Below, piece by piece: positions 1 to 14,571 of a stretch of DNA of 64,000 nucleotides (within the stretch, counting starts at the first letter, position 1; every line of letters starts with the position of its first letter). A program made the translations under genes and the position numbers. The notes beneath the pieces were generated by a model. The model ran no database searches. It saw nothing but the letters and a program-made list of their open reading frames with translations, and was not told the DNA's origin. This stretch comes from Octopus sinensis (Eukaryota). The stretch lies in assembly GCF_006345805.1 (NCBI RefSeq), contig NC_043002.1, forward strand, positions 115,072,001 to 115,136,000, in the 5' to 3' direction.

Positions 1-18
1 TCCATTCTTTCATTCATT

Positions 19-70
19 TATATATATATATATATATACATGCACACATGCACATATATGTAGCACCTTT

Positions 71-142
<72 letters not shown>

Positions 143-172
143 CATACATACATACATACATACATACATACA

Positions 173-203
<31 letters not shown>

Positions 204-205
204 CA
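19..205. repeat. Compound microsatellite (TA)n/(CA)n/(TACA)n
   Basis: Read directly; accounts for ORFs 10..201 and 48..269. Confidence 0.97.
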
Positions 206-261
206 AGAAAATTACCCTATTAAACAAGAGTATATATATACATCTATGTATATCTCTTCTA

Positions 262-1530
262 TTTTTTAATTATTATGAATCTTCCCCTGAGGAGGGAGCC
301 GGTTTCCAACAAAGAAACAAGCCTCCATCTTTAGGATGTAGGTAACACAGACAAATTCATATTTGGAACTTGAGAAAAGTCTCACACACTCTTACTGTTC
401 CACTCACAGATTGCGCATGTAGTGTACGAATTAGCCGGTAGATTTCGTTTTCTGAAAACACCAGTTTATCCAGATTCTCCTTTAAGCATTTACTAACAAA
501 ACCTATTGCTCCAATTATTATTGGTATAAATATGAATTCATGGTCTGGATATAGAAGATGGAGATTTTGAAGCAGTTGTCCATAGATATCCTCTTTTTAT
601 TTGATTTTCACAGACATTTATATCTGCAAGGCAGCTGATCTCTCTGATGGTACATACCTTTGCTTCTCGCTCCCAAACAACAACATCCGGCCTATTATGT
701 TTACATTTGACAGAAGTTTTAATGGGAATATTCCACTAGTATTCCTTGAGTTGGTGTTTATAAATGCATCACATAACAGGGATTTTTTAAAGTTTATTTC
801 AGGACAGTCTTTTTTGCTGATGGCATTGTAAATTGTTTTAGTGACAACATTGTGTCGCATAAGGAGGTAGTACCATAACGACATTTTAGGACAGCTGCTA
901 ATCACATGCGGTATGTCTTTCACAGGAACATGACATCTTGGGATTACAAGAGCGTCACTGTCTCTCTTTTTCACCAGGTACTTTGTGACAATCTCCTGTT
1001 CCTGGATTGCAAATGCATAACCTTCAAAGTGTAATGTGATGTAGTGGTCTTGTGTCCAAAAGAGGTTGTACTTCGTGTCAATTCTACTGTCTTCCTCAAG
1101 CTTCCGGGCACCATACCCATGCAGAGTCTTTTTTTTTTTTGTATGCTGAGTGCCTTCCATCCAGATCTTCTCTGAGGTGCTTCTTGAGGAGCTCACTGCC
1201 AACTCGTACAATGTTGCTCACTTCACTTTTCAGCACTGCATTTATATATTTATTTTTGATGCTATTGTTTAGCAGGTGCTGCCTGAGTGATACCAAACGG
1301 CATTCGAAGGCCGTCTGCACTGATCTCAGGCCTCTACCACCTCCATTTCTTCTTAGGTAGAGCCTGTCAACGTCACTGTTTCTGTGGAAGTTCCCAGTTG
1401 TTGTAAGGATTTTGCGGGTTTTCATATCTATGAAGTGAATTTCCTCTACAGACCAATCAAGTATCCCAAATGCTGGAATCAGCACTGGTACTGCAAATGC
1501 ATTGTGGGATATTGTTTTGCTGTAAAAGGG
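262..1530 (-). mobile_element. 5'-truncated R4/Dong-like RLE non-LTR retrotransposon remnant (post-RT region, CCHC, RLE, 3' UTR)
   Basis: Minus-strand translation across frameshifts and stops: AVPVLIPAFGILDW...KTRKILTTTGNFHRNSDVDRLYLRRNGGGRGL; IPHVISSCPKM..YYLLMRHNVV (zinc-knuckle remnant); KHNRPDVVVWEREAKVCTIREISC (RLE PD motif); ends ...CETFLKFQI-TGA (357-359), then short UTR and TAA-like tail near 262-276. Confidence 0.9.
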
Positions 1531-1544
1531 AATTTTACCCGCAC

Positions 1545-1575
<31 letters not shown>

Positions 1576-1583
1576 ATAGATAA
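1545..1583. repeat. (GATA)n microsatellite
   Basis: Read directly. Confidence 0.95.
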
Positions 1584-1889
1584 TGTTTAATATACACAGT
1601 ACATAGTACTTAGCTACTAAACGTTTTATACACGGGAGATATCATCTAGGCAGGTTTTAAAACACGCCTAGCGTCTCCAAGTAACCTCCAGGCTCTGCGT
1701 ACATGGCCTATATAAGTTATAAATCAGGACAATAGAATAGAGAAATCATGAGAAAAAAATGTTAGCTAAGGCATTGTTATAGTAGGAGTCTGCATTATCA
1801 AAAATGTCTTTAGAAGTAGAGAGGTTGAATATCCTATTGCTAATGCTAGCTCTCAAGTTTTTAAACACGACAGGTGGGCAGCAGGCTTA

Positions 1890-2240
1890 TGGAACGTTTT
1901 ATAAACCGTATCATAAATGTTAAACTAATGTAGAAAAAAAGATTCCTGTCTCTCTTAGATAAACATTTCCAGAAAATCACGAATACAGAGATATCTTTAA
2001 CAGACACTCAATTTCATTATCATATAGCTGCTGCCCTAATATGAAAAGCAACATTACCTACAAACACCATCAGGAACTAACACACAATTGCAACTGTCGA
2101 GACCCTGGAACTTGTTCACTCGACAAGGAGTTCATGATAAACTCCGCCATGTATGAGGCAGAAGTTACAGCAACTTTACTTGATAACCAACCCGAAAGGA
2201 ATTACATCAGGTTATGCGAAAGTGACTTGAAGAGTTTTCA
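1890..2240 (+). mobile_element. Penelope-like element fragment (RT thumb/linker and start of GIY-YIG endonuclease)
   Basis: With frameshifts: TNV.K.FLSLLDKHF-PENHEYRDIFNRHSISLSYSCCPNMKS...CNCRDPGTCSLDK...AMYEAEV...RNYIRLCESDLK. This matches the PLE pattern DKHFP..H....IFN......SYSC.PN / CNC....C.L / VY.A.V / YIG.....FK. Confidence 0.8.
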
Positions 2241-2243
2241 TAA

Positions 2244-2336
2244 GGTGTGTGCGTATGCGTGTGATTGTGGGTGAATGTGTGTGCGCATGTATTTGTGTGT
2301 GTATGTGTGCGTGTGTGTGTGTGCTTGTGTGTGTGT

Positions 2337-2400
<64 letters not shown>
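2244..2400. repeat. (GT)n microsatellite
   Basis: Read directly. Confidence 0.97.
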
Positions 2401-2834
2401 ATACGTGCATGTATACCAGCCAGTCCACCAGTTCTGTTGCATATGTCTACTGGTAAGTCTAATCGGAACTCCAGAATGTTGATCTATCTACTTGATCTGA
2501 ATGAACGAAAGGCTAACATGTTTATGCTGTTATCTCTCTAACATATATTCTTACATAGTACTTCATTCAAAGGCAAAGCGTTTACTACTGCTTGCATAAG
2601 CCTTAAGATCATAATCGATCATTAGGAATTCATGCTCCACAGAATTCAAGAAATTTGTATTATGAAGTCTAGATTGCTAAAACCTACATTTTTGCAATTG
2701 GCAATTGACTGTTTCACTCCCGTGCAGTTAAGAGGTTCCACAAGCTTAGAGGTACAACGACCAAGTTAAGTTAAACTAGTAGACAACAATTTGAGTAGTA
2801 ACAATAGTGGATGTATACTTAAACTATTGTCCAG

Positions 2835-3224
2835 TGGAGGCGCACTGGCCCAGTGGTTAGGGCAGCGGACTCGCGGTCGTAGGATCGTGGTTTCGATTCC
2901 CAGACCGGGCGTTGTGAGTGTTTATTGAGCGAAAACACCTAAAGCTCCACGAGGCTCCGGCAGGGGATGGTGGTGATCCCTGCTGTACTCTTTCACCACA
3001 ACTTTCTCTCACTCTTTCTTCCTGTTTCTGTTGTACCTGTATTTCAAAGGGCCGGCCTTGTCACTCTCTGTGTCACGCTGAATATCCCCGAGAACTACGT
3101 TAAGGGTACACGTGTCTGTGATGTGCTCAGCCACTTACACGTTAATTTCACGAGCAGGCTGTTCCGTTGGTCGGATCAACCGGAACCCTCATCGTCGTAA
3201 CCGACGGAGTGCTTCCATCCATCC
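2835..3224 (+). mobile_element. tRNA-derived SINE (family C) with 14-bp TSD
   Basis: A box TGGCCCAGTGG, B-box-like GGTTTCGATTCC and (CATC)n tail. Flanked by identical AAACTATTGTCCAG at 2821-2834 and 3225-3238. Near-identical copy at 22457. Confidence 0.92.
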
Positions 3225-3806
3225 AAACTATTGTCCAGCAGCATGCCATTGTCGACTGCTAAATGATGGAATATTTAAATTGCTATTTAGCTGTACGAAG
3301 GTTTTGTCTGCACATTACTTTAATTATATACATTTATGCATCTAATATTTGTAGATTAATAACAGATACTTTTAAGCTAATATTTTGTTGTATAGCTGTC
3401 AATCATAATTAAAAATGGTATCCATATTTTGGCTCTATTATCCAACTCTCTTCAATTCTCTTTTGTGCTATCAGAGTTGTCTTTGTGTCTGCATTAAACT
3501 TATCTGGCGATTTTAGTTTTGTTACATTATTTCCGGCTGGAAATATAGCTTAAAGTAGCTATTTAAGTTCTAACTGAATTAACTGAGTTGTTATTTTCTT
3601 TACATTCTACAATTATGATAAAATCTAGTATTTTCTAGCCAACATATATCTTTCATTATGCAACAGGATCCAATAATATTAACTATGTTATACACAGAAG
3701 CATTTATATGTATACATACCTATATATGTGTGTGTGTCCATATTACATTTTGGGACATATATCCAAATGACAAGATGCATAAAATGAATGCGTGCTTTTA
3801 TATATA

Positions 3807-3856
<50 letters not shown>

Positions 3857-3972
3857 CAGAAATTTACAGAAAAACAAAAGACGACGAAGACAGGTGTATA
3901 AACAACAAGCAGATGCAACCAGTCACATTTCTACCAGTTATATAGCTACATATATATGTATATCTAAACTTT

Positions 3973-4036
<64 letters not shown>

Positions 4037-4219
4037 ACACACTCATGTATGTATGTATGCGAAAGGAAATTTCGACGAGAATCTCTCTATGCTAAGAAAA
4101 GTGTGATCAGCCTTGGTTAACTTCAGGTTAAACTACTTCATTTGTACATACATATTTATCTCAATATTTATTTATCTACGTATGCTCAGTCACTTTCTTT
4201 CTCTCCCTCTCCCTCTCTA

Positions 4220-4253
<34 letters not shown>

Positions 4254-5164
4254 CCATATACATACGACAGTCGTCTGCGTTTCCTTCTTTCACTCACAAG
4301 TGTTTCATTGTCCCCAGGCTGTGGTAGAAGGCACTTTAATATAGGTATCACGCTGACGCATTGAACTCGGAACATCGACCATCGGTAGGATATCACTTTA
4401 GACCATATGTAGGCATTTCTGTACTTATTTCTGCTCTATATCATCTATATTTAGAACGACTAGAATTTTCAGAAGATAGCGAATGTGCAGTCAGTCACAT
4501 TTCTACCAGTTATATAGCTACATATATATATATCTACATCTAAACTTTTAACGTACAGGCTGTTAAACAATCGATCTATAAGAACCATATCCAGTCATTA
4601 TCAAACAATTTAACAGCCAATAGTGCACCTATGTAGATGCAACTGGAGGAGATGAATTATCAGATATGAATTAATTTTTCACATGAAAGGCAAATTATGT
4701 AGAATGCAAAGAAGTAAAGAAAAAATTCCCCTGCAAAATGAGTGAAAGAGAAAAAAAACGGAAGAAGAAATAAAAGGAAAGGAGAATACAGATGGTGAAG
4801 GAATAGAGATGGGAGGCAGAGAGGTAAAAACAACAAAGCTGTGTATCAGAATTCCAACACATCAAAGATTCTGCGAAATTAGATCAGTGATATGGCCAGA
4901 ATTGAAGGCATACCAAACATATGATGAATCGAAAATATTTTGGGTTGCCGAGATGAAACCCATAAAATAATGATAAAAGAAATATCAACAACGAACATTA
5001 GTAACTAACCAAAATTGTAGCTCGCACATAAAGGGTTGTTATACTAGATGGCATTTTATCAATGCCCCCTGCCCTTATACTTTCCTGTTCAACATCATTT
5101 CTATAATTTTATGCATACACACAAACACACACACACGCACACAGACGCAAGCCCTGATAAATAT

Positions 5165-5637
5165 ATATGTATGTCTACACACATGCACACACATTCATAA
5201 TATATATACATATATATACATACATATATACACATATATTCACACACATATATATATATACATACATATGCATGTATATATACACACATATACATACATA
5301 TATATGTATTTAGATATATACATATATATATGTATGTATGTATACATATATATGCATTTATCTATATTTGCACACATATACACGCTTATACACGTACAAA
5401 CAACATTCCCGGAATAAAGAACCTAGTACATATATGAAGTATAATAGTCAGAGCTATTATAATTTGTTCACTATAATTTCGAAGTTTCGCCTGGTGGTGA
5501 AATACAAATTCAATTGATATTAGCCACCAACAGCGAAACTTCGATTGCACGATCAATAAATTATAAAATGTGTGTGTGTGTCATGTATGTATATGTATCT
5601 ATGTATACAAATACATACTTACATATATATATATACG

Positions 5638-5706
<69 letters not shown>

Positions 5707-5716
5707 ATATATACAC

Positions 5717-5748
<32 letters not shown>

Positions 5749-5806
5749 GTGTGTTTGTATGCATATATATATATATAATATATATATATATATGTATGTA
5801 TGTATG

Positions 5807-5855
<49 letters not shown>

Positions 5856-5890
5856 ATGTATGTATATGTGCGTCTGTGTATTTGTATTAG
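5165..5890. repeat. TA/CA-rich microsatellite fields flanking a short unique insert (about 5400-5570)
   Basis: Read directly. Confidence 0.9.
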
Positions 5891-6999
5891 AATCATAGAT
5901 TTACACGCAGTATAAGATATGGAGCTGGTGGCAGCCATTCTCCTGATCGAAGCAAGGTAACCACATTTCCAGTGGATTTCCCATTGCTAATACTATCATC
6001 TGTCAGATGCGGCAACTAACAGAAGAATCACCGTTCTTTCTTTCCGGTTACCGGAAGCTTAATTTGCGCTCAGAGTGCAACCACAAAGCCACAACTTACT
6101 CCCTTTTGAGGTTAGAGACTTAATTTTAATTGACCACTATATTTGGCGAGAATTTATTTTAATGACTCCGGAATAAAGAAATGCAAATTTGACCACCACG
6201 TGAGATGAACAGAGCAGCGAATTTGATCGACAAGTTACCGCAATACTATTACGCTCATAACTGAAGGAGCTTTTCATCTGTCACTAACTCGCCTGTCAGA
6301 AAAGATTAAGGAGAGGAAAAACGAACTTGATAATTTTTTTTTTTTTTAATTTAGACTATACAAATATACATTGAAGCTGGCAGTAATAAAAGTACTCCAA
6401 AGACATACAGAGAATATCGATGGAGAGATGGCTACATGCCGAAGAGTAACAGAAAAAGTAACGAAAGAGAGGAGATAATGAGAGAAAAGTTTAAAATATC
6501 CACTTTTGTCTTACTGAAACGTTTTTGTCTTAGAGTTAAGCTTATCGAAACGCTCCATGAAATTCTCCAGTAGTAATACAAAATATTGACCATAGGGCTA
6601 AACTTTTCACCAGCAGAAAGGTAAAACTGATTTCATCTGTAAAATTATCAACCTTGAGAGTGTGGAATCTGTCTAAAAACTAATTCGAGGCCCATGTTTT
6701 GATCACGTTCTTCTTGCGTTTGGGTGCCCAACACAAAATAGCAATTTCTAGATTAATCCGTCTTGCTTTATTGAACCCAGCCTCGTTCCATCATATATGT
6801 TTCTCACTTCAAATTCTTTTACTTTTCCCCTCATCTCAATACTGACGCCACTGTGAGACTAATACACAATTGCTCCAACTATATTCTGAAGACCCTATCC
6901 TAAAGATGACATGCATAGTATATAGATATCCCGCACACTTAGAAGGAGAGGTTTGATACTAATAGAAAGATTTTAGAACTAATAAAACGTAGTAACAAT

Positions 7000-8285
7000 G
7001 AATCTAGAAAAATAATAATAAGTAAGTAAAGGAGAACTGATTACTGAAATGTGGTATGATGATGAAAAAACTGTTTATGCGCAAGGAAATAATGATATAC
7101 AAACGAAAAGAAATTACGCTTAATAATAGGTTTAAGAAATATACGAAGCTGCAGAAAGGTGAGTTAGCTGTAGCATGAAGAAATGGAAAACAAAAGGTAA
7201 ATCTAAAATGGATTTCAGAAAAATACTGCAAAAAAATGTGAGAAACCACTGCATGCGTTACTGCTGCAAAACTCAGTAATGATATAGCAAGTCATTGTGA
7301 AAAAAGTTCTAACTATTACGAAAGAAGAGCAGTTTCTCGCATCATTGGAGGCTGGTCAATTCTTCAAAAACAGAATATTTCTACTGTTGAGTCCATTAGA
7401 CCGTACGGCAGCACCTTCACGTGGAAACGGAAAAGTAGTAAAAGCACATAAACCAGATAGGTGGCAATGAGCATTTCCTCAAGAATTTGTCTGTTCAAGT
7501 GGCAAGAAAAGGAAAGTGAATCATCTAGCTATCGCAAAAAAGAAAGACATTAAACGTCTGTGTACTCAGGGAGACATATCCATCTTTTTTGACAAATGTA
7601 TGCCAAAGAGATTTCGGAGAATTAATCAACGAACAAGGAGTGAAACATAATGGAGATGCAGTATTGGTTAAAGAAAGTGAGGGAAAAGTAGTGAGTGAGA
7701 AGCAGCCAGCTCTATGATTAACAGATCTGAGATTAACTAGATTAACTTAGATTAATGAGTAAAGTGTTAGGGAAAATACTGAATTGGAAGGACCCAGGAC
7801 TAGATTTAGTTCAAGGGTACTGGCTAAAGAAAACTAGTAGTTTATATGGGCAGCTGAGAGAACTTCAAGATTGCCTAAATGGAGAAAGGTACCAGTTTGG
7901 ATGACTAGAGGGGGCACAATAGTCATCATGAAAGATAAGAGCAAGAATAATACAGCCAGCAACTATTGACCAATCACTTGCTTACCATTAGTGTGGAACC
8001 TGTTAACAGGAATGCTTTCAGAAAGCATTTATGAGCTCCTAGACAATCAGAATTTACTGCCAGAAAAACAGGAAGGTTGCAGGAATAAAGCTAGGGGACG
8101 CCAAGGCAGTTTTAAATGACCTAAAAGCTAGAAAGAAAAATCTAACAATAGCATGGGCAGATTATAGGAAAGCCTATGACATGATCCCACACTAATGGAT
8201 AAGTTTGAGTATATTCAGTATAGCAGACAACATAAGAGAATTAGTTAGCTGTAGCATGAAGAAATGGAAAGTAGATCTTTACACA
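7000..8285 (+). mobile_element. R4/Dong-like retrotransposon A, 5' part (N-terminal region and RT domains 0-3), degenerate
   Basis: From about 7780: NWKDPGLDLVQGYWLKK...(W)MTRGGTIVIMKDKSK...NY*PITCLPLVWNLLTGMLSESIYELLDNQNLLPEKQEGCR...KKNLTIAWADYRKAYDMIPH..SIADNIRELVSCSMKKWKVDL. The 7000-7740 part is only weakly recognisable. Confidence 0.85.
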
Positions 8286-8307
8286 TGACACACGGCAAAA
8301 GATCCAA

Positions 8308-8557
<250 letters not shown>

Positions 8558-9063
8558 GAGCAGAATATTTGCTGTAGCCCATAAAAGATGGGCTACAGCA
8601 AATATTCTGCTCAATACCACAGATTTGCTTGTCAGTTGTTTGACCTTAACCATTTGAGCATGTCCCTTAGTGGCTGACGATATGTACATCTCTGATCACG
8701 AGCAGAAGTAGTGGGGGAGCATCATTGAGTGTTGAGAAGGATTCTTTGGGATTTGAATAATTCACCTCTGGAAACATGGGTGTTTCGTTCAACGTCCTTA
8801 AACAACCCTTATTCAGGGACCTTTTGAGCGGGATGGGCTACTCAACCTGAAGAAAATTCTAACTGGGCTCCACCTGCAAGGTCATGTGCTGTTTATCTTG
8901 ATATGAGATCACCATATCGCGCACATATGGTTGTGATGCATGTGCCTAGTGTACCCTTATCAGACGGGTAGTCATGATGGGTATACTGGGCTTCGTATAT
9001 TTTACCCCAGTGTCACTTTGATGGCATGCACTGCTCGCTCACTCAATAATAATAATAATAATA
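8558..9063 (+). mobile_element. 5'-truncated 3'-UTR copy of Dong-like family B with (TAA)n tail and 5' snap-back hairpin
   Basis: Colinear with about 10795-11244; ends GATGGCATGCACTGCTCGCTCACTC(AAT)n. Confidence 0.85.
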
Positions 9064-10252
<1,189 letters not shown>

Positions 10253-11244
10253 TAGGTAGGATAAAAGAAGCATATGAACAAGAAATGTAGAAGCCATGCC
10301 TGGACCTTCAACACTACACGCTATCCCAAAATATTCCTCCTAGGAAACGCAAGACATTATCAATTCAAATATACAACTCAAGCAAAACAACCCACAAACA
10401 CAAGACATACTCTACACTGCATATAGTGAAATAAACAACCCCACAACATTTACTCTATATGTCGAATACTCAACAGAACACAACTAGCATTACACACATA
10501 ACACACAATGCGAGTGGAAACACTAATACAACAAAAGACTCAAGCCAAACCCAATATTAAAACAAACTGATACAATACAGTACCGGGAAGTGTGTGTACT
10601 CCCAGAATATCAAAAAAGAAAAAGAACTAGAACACACAATGCTGCATACACCACAGCAACACGAAGGGGTAGCAGGTGAATCAGTAGAAATTTGCCTGAA
10701 ACAATGAACTGTCGAATGATAATAATGTGACTCTCATGGCTTATGATCCTAACTGATTGGAAGTGTTATCATACACATGTTTTCCTTGGGTATAAAAATG
10801 ATGGGCAACAAGAAATATGTTGCTCAATACCACAGATTTCCTTGACGTTAACAACTTGAAGATGTCCCTTGGTGGCTGACGATAAATGCATCTCTGATCA
10901 CGAGCAGGAATAGTGGGGGAGCATCATTGTGTTGAGAGGAGTTCTTTGAAGTTTGAATAATTCACCTCTGTAAATATGGATGTTTCGTTCATCATCCTTA
11001 AACAACACTCATTGAGAAAGATTTTGAATGGGATGGGCTACTCTATCTGAAGAAAACTCTAACTGGGCCCCACTTGCAAGGTCATGTGCTGCTTATCTTG
11101 ATATAAGGTCACTAAGTCGCGTAAACGTGGTTGTGATGCATGCGCCTAGTTTACCCTTATCAGACGGATAGTCATGATAGGTATACTGGGCTTCATATAT
11201 TTGTACCTCAGTGTAACTTTGATGGCATGCATTGCTCTCTCACT
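10253..11244 (+). mobile_element. Dong-like family B 3' end: RLE C-terminus remnant plus about 0.9-kb 3' UTR
   Basis: Starts G.IKR...VEAMPGPSTL.. followed by frameshifted IQKI.LLG.A-like C-terminus. Distal 450 bp match 8585-9044. Followed by a (TAG)n/(TAA)n tail at 11245-11355. Confidence 0.75.
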
Positions 11245-11264
11245 AAGTAGTAGTAGTAGTAGTA

Positions 11265-11355
<91 letters not shown>
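11245..11355. repeat. (TAG)n-(TAA)n tail
   Basis: Read directly. Confidence 0.97.
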
Positions 11356-11356
<1 letters not shown>

Positions 11357-13358
11357 GAATGGGTAAGATGGAGATCGAAATGATAAAGAGAAAGGTAAGC
11401 CAGGAGGGCTCAGGATTTGGGAGATTCAAACAGAGACGAGAGTATGGAAAATTATGGAATTCAATAGGAACTGAATACTAAGAATGATGTGGGAAGTGAC
11501 ATTAACATCAACAAATTGTTGGATATATCGGAAAAAGACAGACGGATGATTACTGATGTATTGGAGACCTCTAAATCAGAAGGCAGTAATAAAATGAAAT
11601 GGAAAAAGCAAACCAACGTCTGCTGAAAGAAAGAACTAGAAAAGTAAACAACAGCCTTGACAAATTGCCAACTTGTAGCATCACAGAAACCAACATCTCA
11701 TCATCGTTGCAAGTATCTACATTGCTAAAGAGTCAGGTCTGAAATAGACAACGCAAAAGCAGATCAAAGAACCATGGGGATAAAGGTAAATTGAAAGGGA
11801 CATGAAAATGCGTAGGGGAGATATAAATATTCTGGTAAAGGAAAACCGAGGTGAATTAAGAGAGAAATGTGAGATTGGACATACAAGGAAGTACAATATC
11901 AGGAGAAAGAAGATAATTACGGTAACTAAATAGTTAAAACAAAGGTTAATTGCCAAAGCTGCAAAGATTAAGAGGCATGAACAACGGACCAACAAAGTCA
12001 GATGACATTCTATCAGGAAATGAATGGCATGGTTAAAACTGATTAGGTAACCCTTGATGCAGATGGAAGTAAGAAGTGTTGGTGTGATATCAGGATTGCA
12101 GGAAGAGAGCGCAGTAGAAGAGTGGAGTGGCTGACTAACGTGAAAAAAGGTTTTGGAGACAATCAGCTGGGAAAAATGGAGATAACAACTGATGTGGTAA
12201 CTATCCAATGTAGAAAGGTGCCAAATTGGAAAGCTCCCTTATGTGGAAATTTATGACAGGTGTTATTGCTGAGGCAGTGTATGAATATCTGGATGAGACA
12301 TTACCTGAAGAGGAGAAGAAGCAAAGAGAACAAAGATCACCTGTTGATTAATAAGGTGATACTTAAAGATTGTAAAAGGAGGAACACAAACCTTGCCATA
12401 GCTTGGATCGATTACCGAGAGGTTTATGACATAGTTGGATGGTGACATTTTGGAAATATTTTGTATTGCAGCTAATGTTTGACAGTTTTCGGTATGGAAG
12501 GCTGGAATACTGAGTTGACATCATGTACGCAGACATTGGTAATTGTGAACATCAAGAGAGGAATATTCCAAGGGGACTGTCTTTCACCTTTGCTATTTGT
12601 ATTGAGCATGGTTCCACATTCATTAGTGTTGAGAAAGTCAGAGACTTGGTAGGAGTAAGGTGGACGTGAGTTTAAGATAAACTACCTGCTGTTCATGGAT
12701 GACCAAAAACTTTTTTGGGAAATCCTATGAACAGACTGATTCCTTTGTGCAAACAGTTCATACATTCAGCGCAGACATATGAATGGAATTTAGCATAAAA
12801 ATGTGTGGGGTGCTATTACTGAAGGGAGGTAGAATTTCTAAGATGGAAGATACAATTGATAAGTATGACATTAGCAGAGTGAGAAATCGTATGAGCACCA
12901 ACCGGGAAGGGTTGCTGAAAACGAACAATATAAGATTTGGTGGTACTTGATCACCCAGTGCGACCATTTTATCGTGGCTAGAAAATCTGATATTGTCGTC
13001 GTAGAAAAGAAGATCGAAGCAATTATTGTGGATGTTACTTCATCGTGAGAAGGAAAATGCGAAAGTGGATAAATATTAGGAGCTGAAGATGGAAATTAGG
13101 AAACTATGGAAAATCAGACACTTAAAAGTGGTAGCGATTATGGTTGGCGCACTGGGAGCAGTTGATAAAATGTTGGATGCATGGCTTCACAAAGTAGGAA
13201 TTGCCATCAGCACAGGACTGTTGCATAAAACAACAAAGATCTTAAGGAGGGTGTTAGAAAGTTGAAGGAGAAATGACCTAACGGCCGTTGGTCACTGGTT
13301 ATGGCTCATCCTTTTCGTATAGTGTCGAAATTCAAGAGACAACTGTGGATCATAAAAT
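11357..13358 (+). mobile_element. R4/Dong-like retrotransposon C, internally deleted pseudocopy
   Basis: RKYNIRRK..LKQRLIAKAAKIKRHEQR; [21 protein letters not shown]; IKRGIFQGDCLSPLLFVLSM (12560); INYLLFMDD (FMDD 12692-12703); ARKSDIVVVEK..AIIVDV; KVDKY.ELKMEIRKLW..MVGALG..ILRRVLES-TGA (13263-13265). Confidence 0.9.
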
Positions 13359-14170
13359 TCCCCCCGCCGGACAGCGCTTCTCTGCCAGAGGTTCTGTTTG
13401 TGTTGTGTGTGTTATATAAAGTTTAAAGATTCACGATTTTCATAGAAAAGATACAGCAGTGGATTCCTGTTGCCTTCCGCTGGTTTATATACAGGTTACT
13501 CTGCTAAGAACTATTCCGAATTATCTATTTAAACATTTGGCAGAGGAACGGACATGTATAACATCAAGACATGTTCACTCGCCAGAGGGCCTGTGTGACA
13601 CATGGCTAGAGGTCAGCCCGTCTCTAAGTCCTGCATGCATTAATCAGAAGACCATCTGCTGTTTGACCGATATGTAGAGCCCTTGACAGATTTAGTCACC
13701 AGGATCAGAGTGAACCTAATAGTAGTGGTAACTAAGAAGTAACTCCATTCTCACCAAAATTCTATTTACGAAAGTTCACTCACAATGTAATGTTCAACCG
13801 GGGTTGTGGTTTAAAACACGTAACGCACAGCGGAATTAAACCTAGAGAAACGTGGTTGCGAAATTAGAAATTAGTTACTTAACGACACAAACATTATATT
13901 TCACGAAAAGATATCATATTTCATTAAAACATATTCTTCATGAAAGTGGGTGAACGAGAAGTCCCCACACCCATTATACCAGTCATATTCAAAGGATATA
14001 CATATGTAATCAGAAGCTGATTTTCAAAAGATGCAATACCCATAGATTCACAAGGCTGATATTTGTTAAGAAACACTTCTCTAATAAGTACATCATCAGA
14101 TTTATAATGGAGCTTAAATATTTCGAAATGTTCATCGACCATGTTTCTGACATGATTTGTTCTGCTTTCT

Positions 14171-14571
14171 AAGGCAGCGAGCTGGCAGAAACGTTAGCAC
14201 GCCGGGCGAAATGCGTAGCCGTATCTCATCTGCCGTTACGTTCTGAGTTCAAATTTCGCCGAGGTTGACTTTGCCTTTCATCCTTTCAGGATCGATAAAT
14301 TAAGTACCAGTTACGCACTGGGGTGGATGTAATCGACTTAATCCGTTTGTCTGTCCTTGTTTGTCTTCTCTGTGTTTAGTCTCTTGTGGGTAGTAAAGAA
14401 ATAGGTATTTCGTCTGTCTTTATGTTCTGAATTCAAATTCCGCCGAGGTCGACTTTGCCTTTCATCCTTTCGGTCGAAAAATTAAGTATCAGTTGTGTAC
14501 TGGGGTTGATCTAATCGACTGATTCCCTCCCCCAAAAATTTTGGGTCTTGTGTCTAGAGTAGAAAAGAATA
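14171..14571 (+). mobile_element. tRNA-derived SINE family A, internally duplicated form
   Basis: Head AAGGCAGCGAGCTGGCAGAAACGTTAGC (A box) and GAGTTCAAATT (B box); second module restarts at GGTATTTCGTCTG; ends CCCCAAAAATTTTGGG...AGTAGAAAAGAAT. Confidence 0.92.

Noticed and set aside
285-335. CTGAGGA...GAAAC hammerhead-like strings here and at about 52985-53005
   Set aside because: Helices I-III cannot be formed with correct core spacing.
2835-2915. tRNA-like cloverleaf heads here and at other SINE starts
   Set aside because: Degenerate acceptor and anticodon stems, continuous with SINE bodies; not tRNA genes.
13924-14142. 72-aa protein-like ORF (MVDEHFEIFKL...)
   Set aside because: No recognisable family, no convincing acceptor, and an in-frame stop appears upstream once the adjacent SINE is removed.
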